Assembly: GCA_041661265.1 (NCBI GenBank)
Contig: JBAZUT010000002.1
Coordinates: 76,316-140,315, forward strand
DNA: 64,000 bases
Reading direction: 5' to 3'
DNA from: Minisyncoccota bacterium
GTDB lineage: Bacteria; Patescibacteriota; Minisyncoccia; JAHIHE01; JAGLIN01
Below, piece by piece: positions 58,746 to 64,000 of this stretch. The position numbers were made by a program, and so were the translations under genes. Numbering within the stretch: position 1 is the stretch's first letter; the number at the start of each line of letters is the position of its first letter. Below the pieces are notes generated by a model. It was not told the origin of the DNA. It made no database searches and saw nothing but the letters and a program-made list of their open reading frames with translations.

Positions 58746-59491
58746 TATTGGCTGTTATTATTTGATTGGTCTTGTGAAGGACCGGAGTCCGGAGTCTTTG
58801 TGTTCAGATCCGACGGTAAATCGCTTATGCCGGATCGTGATGCGTCAATTACGGTTTGCTCCGGTGATGCGCCGGCTTCTTGGACAATATCCTGTTTTTG
58901 CCCGGATGCGTCAGCTTCTTTTTGAGGCACTGCGCCTTCTTCCTTCGCCTCCGCATTTTCAACGAATCTTTCTTCCAGGATCTTCTTGTTTCTCAATTCT
59001 TCAAACCTCGGAAGATGTTCCGCCTTTTCCACTCCCAGCTTTTTTAAAAAATCGAAAGATATCCTATAGAGATATGTCCTCGCATCGCTTGGGTTGTCTA
59101 TTCTCTCGACCAATCCTCTTATGAGAAGATGGCGAAGCGTAAAGCTGCAGTTCACCCCCCTGATCTCTTCGATCTTCGATCTCGGTATGGGTCCCCTATA
59201 GGCCACGACCGACAGAACTTCGAGCGCCGCGCGGCTGAGTTCGCCTTCGATGTCCGCTTTCATATAATTTTCAACATATTTGCTGTTTTCCCCGGCCGTG
59301 ACCATCTGGACTTCCTTGTCTTTGATAAGTATCCTCAGCCCTCTAGCCTCTTCGTTGTATTTTTTGGCAAGATCAACCGCGGCATTTTCAAGGTCCGCAA
59401 CCTCAATTGACGTATATTTTGAAAGTTTTTTGAAACTCATTGGCTCTCCCGAAATGAACAGCATGCTTTCTATGATCGATCCGATATTCAT
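58745..59491 (-). CDS. scpB: segregation and condensation protein B
   Basis: IIESMLFISGEP...EVLSVVAYRGPI motif; low-complexity C-terminal tail. Confidence 0.88.
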   Translation of the reverse strand: MNIGSIIESMLFISGEPMSFKKLSKYTSIEVADLENAAVDLAKKYNEEARGLRILIKDKEVQMVTAGENSKYVENYMKADIEGELSRAALEVLSVVAYRGPIPRSKIEEIRGVNCSFTLRHLLIRGLVERIDNPSDARTYLYRISFDFLKKLGVEKAEHLPRFEELRNKKILEERFVENAEAKEEGAVPQKEADASGQKQDIVQEAGASPEQTVIDASRSGISDLPSDLNTKTPDSGPSQDQSNNNSQ

Positions 59492-59500
59492 AATATTTTA

Positions 59501-60238
59501 TTAGGATTTATTTTCATTTTTTTTAATCTTTATATCACCAAACATCTCCGCCTGTTCTATGACCACGATATTCTTCCTGACAAGTTCCAGCATGGCAAGA
59601 AATGTGACGATTACCTCAACTTTGGTTTTGGCATTCACAACGGCCTGGCTGAAAGTGCATTCGATCCTTTCCGAAAGATTGTGGAGTATATGTTCGATCT
59701 TATCCTTGATGGATATGACCTCTCTCATCGTTTCCTGCTTGAGATGGCTGACATCCGGAAGCTTGCTTATGACATCATCAAATGCTTTCGCAAGATCAGA
59801 AGCAACGATGCTTTCCGGCGGACAAAAAACCGTTTCCACCCCCAAATAGCTTTCTCTGGAAAAGAACATTTTCTTCCTCATTTCAAGCTTTTTTATCTCC
59901 TTGGAGATTTCTTTGAATCTTCTATATTCAATGAGCCTTGCCTTGAGCTCTTCTATGTCCTCTTCTTCCTCTTTTTCCAGTTCCAGCATAGGAAGAATGG
60001 CCTTTGATTTTATCAGTATCAATTTTCCCGCCACCAACAAAAAATCCGCCAGATGTTCCGGTGTGATGTCTTCCTTTGATCCCTCAAGATAGCCCAGAAA
60101 TTGATCGGCGACCTGCGCAAGCGCAAGATCAGTGATCTCCAGTTTTTCCTTTTCGATCAGCTCCAGAAGAAGGTCCAGCGGTCCCTCGAATAGCTTTTCC
60201 TTGCTCTGCCAGTGATGCGCCTTTACAATATATGACAT
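59501..60238 (-). CDS. scpA: segregation and condensation protein A
   Basis: FEGPLDLLLELI motif. Confidence 0.88.
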   Translation of the reverse strand: MSYIVKAHHWQSKEKLFEGPLDLLLELIEKEKLEITDLALAQVADQFLGYLEGSKEDITPEHLADFLLVAGKLILIKSKAILPMLELEKEEEEDIEELKARLIEYRRFKEISKEIKKLEMRKKMFFSRESYLGVETVFCPPESIVASDLAKAFDDVISKLPDVSHLKQETMREVISIKDKIEHILHNLSERIECTFSQAVVNAKTKVEVIVTFLAMLELVRKNIVVIEQAEMFGDIKIKKNENKS

Positions 60239-60268
60239 TTGAATTAAAATCGATTTAGGTGATTAACA

Positions 60269-60529
60269 ATGTACATATTAAACAGCAGAATATATCCGTT
60301 CAGAGGCTTCGATGAACATTCATTCAAGGACTTCGGGGTCATAACAAACTCTGCAATGGAATATCTTCTCGCGGAGACAAAAACAGAATCTCCATGCTCG
60401 CTTATGGAAGCATTCAACGCTTCATTCAGAAGCGATGCACAAAAAAAACAAATAATGACCTCGATAATAGAGATTAAAACATCAAAAACATTCCCTTTCC
60501 TGAAAATATCCAAGATCATCGCAAGCTGA
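60269..60529 (+). CDS. hypothetical protein (86 aa)
   Basis: AGGTGA RBS 6 nt before ATG; the overlapping minus-strand ORF has no RBS. Confidence 0.35.
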   Translation: MYILNSRIYPFRGFDEHSFKDFGVITNSAMEYLLAETKTESPCSLMEAFNASFRSDAQKKQIMTSIIEIKTSKTFPFLKISKIIAS

Positions 60530-60545
60530 ACAGCTCGCGTTTTTT

Positions 60546-61064
60546 TTATCTCTTTTTCATCTTTTTCTTCGCCTCGGAAAATGCGCCTTTTATCATATCT
60601 TCGATCTCAATGAACTTTTTAGTTGCCATTTTTACCGATCTCTCATAATCGCCCGAATTGATCACCAAATTCTTGTTTTTCAGAAGGCTCTTGTCTATAA
60701 ATGCCGTCATTTTATTCAACGATCCCAGCGGGATCGTTGCGCCGACTTTTCCCTTCAGATTCTTTCTCATCCAGTTTTCTTTCGCAAACTCAACAGCTTT
60801 CACGGTTTTTTCCCCTTTTTTTTTCAGCCACTTATTAACCTCTTTCAGAAGCTTTTTCTTGTCCAGGTTCTTGTTGGCGGGAATAAGCGCAAGAATATGT
60901 CTTTTTGCGTCAATTTTCATCACCAGAGTTTTCACGACCTCTTTCGGATCGATATGCTGCGTCTTCGCATTATCAAGCGCCGTAAAAACAGTCCTATGAT
61001 CGATGACTTCGTGCTTGACCTTGTTCTTCTCAAGCAATTTTTGAAGATCTTTTAATATAGCCAT
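60546..61064 (-). CDS. YbaK/ProX-like aminoacyl-tRNA deacylase domain protein
   Basis: Family-level pattern (KTL...P....D.KKL, C-terminal G...P.G); moderate. Confidence 0.55.
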   Translation of the reverse strand: MAILKDLQKLLEKNKVKHEVIDHRTVFTALDNAKTQHIDPKEVVKTLVMKIDAKRHILALIPANKNLDKKKLLKEVNKWLKKKGEKTVKAVEFAKENWMRKNLKGKVGATIPLGSLNKMTAFIDKSLLKNKNLVINSGDYERSVKMATKKFIEIEDMIKGAFSEAKKKMKKR

Positions 61065-61120
61065 GGTGTTAATTTAACGACTTAGCCAAAAATAAAAAGT
61101 TTTAGTCATTGGAAATTGAG

Positions 61121-61151
61121 TTGACATTTGAGCTTTGACGTTTGACATTTG
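61121..61151. repeat. TTGAC heptad array TTGACATTTGAGCTTTGACGTTTGACATTTG
   Basis: Three TTTGAC units; same family as 16371-16409; directly upstream of a minus-strand gene start. Confidence 0.5.
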
Positions 61152-61152
61152 C

Positions 61153-61851
61153 CTAAAGCCTTCTTTCGATCTCATCATCAATTATCTCTTTCAGTCCGTC
61201 TTTCACTTTTCTTCTGACCTTGTCCTTCAGTCCTGTAAATTCGATGCCTGCGATCTTTATGCTTTCCCGGCCCTTCCCGCCCCTGTCCTCTTCGGCTTCA
61301 TTTTTTTTCCTCTTCGCGCCCGCTCCGGCACGATCCGCGCTATACTCGATGCTTTTTTCATAGAGAGCGAAAATGAACATCACAACGAAAAATACCATTC
61401 CGGAAGCGATCTCGGTATCCAGGAACATTCCCCCAAGGCCGAAAGCATTGATAGTAACGGAGTCGAGATATAGCAACAACAGAATTGTCATAAATGACGC
61501 CCAAATGAAGAGGGCCAGGATCTGTCCGATCCAAGATATGCTCCTTTTAAGTTTCGAGGTGTTCTTTGAAATGAGACCGCCAGTGGACCAGAAGAAGATA
61601 ATTCCAACGGGAGATATCATCCAAAGCATAAGCACAAAAAATATTCTAAGGGAGTAATTGATCGCACCTTCAAATTGGCTGCATGAATAAAAAGGATGGT
61701 TGCATGTGCCGTAAACCGCGCCTCCCGCACCGGAATAGTCATCGTTTCCATATGACAATGCCTCCTGTTTCACCGAGAATGACCCGACCAGAACCAGGAT
61801 CATGAACATAAGACCGATCAATTTGGCTTGGTACATTTTTTGTATTTTCAT
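61153..61851 (-). CDS. hypothetical membrane protein (about 232 aa, 5-6 TM)
   Basis: AGGAGGAAT RBS before ATG MKIQKMYQ. Confidence 0.55.
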   Translation of the reverse strand: MKIQKMYQAKLIGLMFMILVLVGSFSVKQEALSYGNDDYSGAGGAVYGTCNHPFYSCSQFEGAINYSLRIFFVLMLWMISPVGIIFFWSTGGLISKNTSKLKRSISWIGQILALFIWASFMTILLLLYLDSVTINAFGLGGMFLDTEIASGMVFFVVMFIFALYEKSIEYSADRAGAGAKRKKNEAEEDRGGKGRESIKIAGIEFTGLKDKVRRKVKDGLKEIIDDEIERRL

Positions 61852-62033
61852 ATTCCTCCTTTTTAGTGTTAACTCTGTCTCTATTTTAGCAAAATATCGA
61901 TATTTTGACAAATTCGTCTTATTGTAAATTATCGCAAACTTCCGCGATCTATTGCCCGCACTTGTTCACAATATTGCCATTATCACCTTGCTTGCATATC
62001 ATAAAAAAAAATGAGGATTTTCCTCATTTATTG

Positions 62034-63086
62034 TCATCCCAGAAGATCCACGGGTTCCACGGTATATATATTCCTGATGAAATTTTCATATCGCCTGAAT
62101 AGCTCTTCGGGTGATCCGCTCTCTTTATTGAAGCATTCTGCGAATTCTCCGGCAATCTCTTTGATTATCCGCAATTCCGCTTCAAAAAATACTTTTCTCT
62201 CCTTTTTGATCAAAACCTGATCCGTTGTGCCGGATGGCTTATTTTTTTCGGCATATGTCTCCCGATAATAAAGGATCACAGCCACAGCGACCGCATCAAC
62301 CTTGCCTTCTATTCCGCGCGCTATCGCCTCATAGATATATTTTTTCAGCTTTGCCGAAACTTCGCTTCCGATAACGGGATATTTTTTATATCCGAAGTAT
62401 TGCGCGGCATGCCCCCAATATGGCTCAACCAGCTTTTCGAGGCGAATCATCCTTTCCTTTTCCTCTTCGGGCGTCGGTATTTTCAAGGTTTTCATGAGGC
62501 TCCGAGAGCTGATCAATCCTCTTTTCACTTCAGCTTCAAATGGGGCCCTGTCCACATTGATCCCTTTCAGCATAAGCGCGTCGACGGCCTCTTCCAGTTC
62601 AGGAGGAATATCTTTTGCGATCTCTTCATAACGATCCTTGCCTATGATCCTTTTAAGCCATTCCTTGTCCCGGCCATGATCCCTGTCCGAAGGATTGAAT
62701 GCATGTGTAGTTTTTATCATGTCGTCAGGATAGTCGATCCTGGCAAAAAACTTCAAAGCCCGGATGACTCTGTACATGATAAACGGGTTATTGTGCCTGG
62801 AAGTATTGTCTATTGCGATTCCCATATCGTTTTTATCCCGGGGATTCGACGCATAAAAACCTGTCATAAATTTTCCATTGGCATTTCCGCAGAAATAATT
62901 CATAACGACCTCCATCCTGTCGGATATGTGTGTGAGTTTCTTCAGTTCTTCGGGTATTTCCGGAAGATGTTTCAAAAACAAAGTTTTTGGCTCCATCTCC
63001 CTGATCATCCAAAGTATGAATATGTTCGTAACCGGATCCGACTTTCCAATAAAATCTGCATATTTCTTTTTCTGGTCATTCTGCAT
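62034..63086 (-). CDS. hypothetical protein (350 aa)
   Basis: GAGGAGGTG RBS before ATG; no family recognised. Confidence 0.55.
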   Translation of the reverse strand: MQNDQKKKYADFIGKSDPVTNIFILWMIREMEPKTLFLKHLPEIPEELKKLTHISDRMEVVMNYFCGNANGKFMTGFYASNPRDKNDMGIAIDNTSRHNNPFIMYRVIRALKFFARIDYPDDMIKTTHAFNPSDRDHGRDKEWLKRIIGKDRYEEIAKDIPPELEEAVDALMLKGINVDRAPFEAEVKRGLISSRSLMKTLKIPTPEEEKERMIRLEKLVEPYWGHAAQYFGYKKYPVIGSEVSAKLKKYIYEAIARGIEGKVDAVAVAVILYYRETYAEKNKPSGTTDQVLIKKERKVFFEAELRIIKEIAGEFAECFNKESGSPEELFRRYENFIRNIYTVEPVDLLG

Positions 63087-63275
63087 AAGAGCACCTCCTC
63101 TATATAGCCTTAAGACGGCTAAAAACGCTTTTTCCCGCCCAAAAAGCGCATTCAGCGGCCTTAATGGCTTTTAAACAAAGAACACTCCTTTTGACGTTTA
63201 AATATATATCCAAACGAGCATTGTGTCAATCGCCGGATGCGCAAAAAAATCAGACACATTTATTTGAAAAAATCC

Positions 63276-63314
63276 ATAAAAAAAAGACGAATAGTTATTA
63301 TTATTGTTCGTCTT
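63276..63314 (-). terminator. rho-independent terminator
   Basis: AAGACGAA-loop-TTCGTCTT with U-run on the minus strand. Confidence 0.55.
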
Positions 63315-63591
63315 TATATGCCAGGCTGATCCTCCTGGCCATGATGTATTTCTCATTTTTAGAAATAGCGTCATGAAGATTTTGTATTTTTCTTGAATCC
63401 CCCTTGACCCGGACGGTGATTCTTGCATGAGATGTGGAATGGGACAATATGACACCCCTATCCTCCAATTCCATTTTTTCTATAAGCCCTTCTATGTCCC
63501 TTTTAGCCTCCTCTCCCGTGAAAGTCACATCCTGCACATCCACTGTCAAACTCGCTCCGTTTGTTTCTATATAATCCGCAACGTTCTGCAT
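63301..63591 (-). CDS. hypothetical protein (96 aa)
   Basis: AAGGAGGAAGG RBS before ATG. Confidence 0.5.
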   Translation of the reverse strand: MQNVADYIETNGASLTVDVQDVTFTGEEAKRDIEGLIEKMELEDRGVILSHSTSHARITVRVKGDSRKIQNLHDAISKNEKYIMARRISLAYKDEQ

Positions 63592-63861
63592 AGATCCTTC
63601 CTCCTTTTTTTAATATCATTTTTGTTTTAAAAAACAGCTCCCTTCAAGCTGTTATCTTATGACTGAATTCGGCTATCAGATTAAATCACAAGAAAACGGC
63701 TCGAAAATCAGGAGCTAGTAATTCCAGATTCAATAACATATCGATCAATGTTTTCGTTCCAATATTTTTCATAGATACAGAATAACATAATAAACAAAAT
63801 TGTCAATGCAAACGGAAGATATGCAGACCGACAATGGTCACAGATACGGCCGGTCAGTCTT

Positions 63862-64000
63862 TCATGGACTTATAAATTTTCAGAAGTTCTTCCACTCTCC
63901 CATCAATGGCCTTGGCGATCTTTCCATCAATAACCCCATTTTCAACTTGCCGGTCAGCTGAATATAAAATCCCGTCTATGCGCCCTTCCTCTTCAGTTCC
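63862..64000 (-). CDS. C-terminal fragment of a CDS continuing beyond the window
   Basis: Open frame to window edge, ends ...ELLKIYKSMKD*. Confidence 0.3.

Noticed and set aside
60244-60519. 91-aa minus-strand ORF overlapping the 60269..60529 plus-strand ORF
   Set aside because: The plus-strand ORF has an AGGTGA RBS at ideal spacing and a hairpin after its stop. The minus-strand ORF has neither, so only the plus-strand ORF is kept, at low confidence.

Overview
This is a low-GC, gene-dense bacterial chromosomal window read from sequence only. The dense minus-strand housekeeping backbone, small genes and one giant surface protein suggest a streamlined, possibly CPR/Patescibacteria-like organism; that is inference, not shown by the sequence. 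Recognisable genes: pyrG, rplI, acyP, an S41 C-terminal protease, an LCP protein, an O-antigen-ligase-like protein, several glycosyltransferases, hup, the rny-ymdB pair, a four-gene MacAB-type efflux locus, an HrcA/CIRCE heat-shock operon (hrcA, Cys-rich ORF, hsp20, grpE, dnaK), corA, a 1.83-kaa surface protein, an orphan histidine kinase, cysS, dnaB, recR, rplU, a WecA/MraY-like transferase, a processive GT2, recO, ileS, smpB with tmRNA, infC-rpmI-rplT, a DacA-like carboxypeptidase, scpAB and a YbaK-like deacylase. Accessory or unusual content: (1) a repeat-rich cassette-like array at 3.6-6.1 kb, with three minus-strand ORFs each followed by an ~85-bp imperfect-inverted-repeat element and two copies of a GC-rich ~160-bp element, and no integrase; (2) a duplicated ~640-bp module in which one paralog is frameshifted; (3) a DUF559 endonuclease gene bracketed by 40-bp direct repeats; (4) an IleRS carrying a ~170-aa histidine-phosphatase (RHG...SHG) domain inserted in its catalytic core; (5) about 15 tandem 24-aa two-Cys repeats in the giant surface protein; (6) a consensus promoter, 37-aa ORF and terminator inserted antisense between the efflux adaptor and ATPase genes; (7) two families of heptad-periodic intergenic arrays (TTTTGAC and CAATT).
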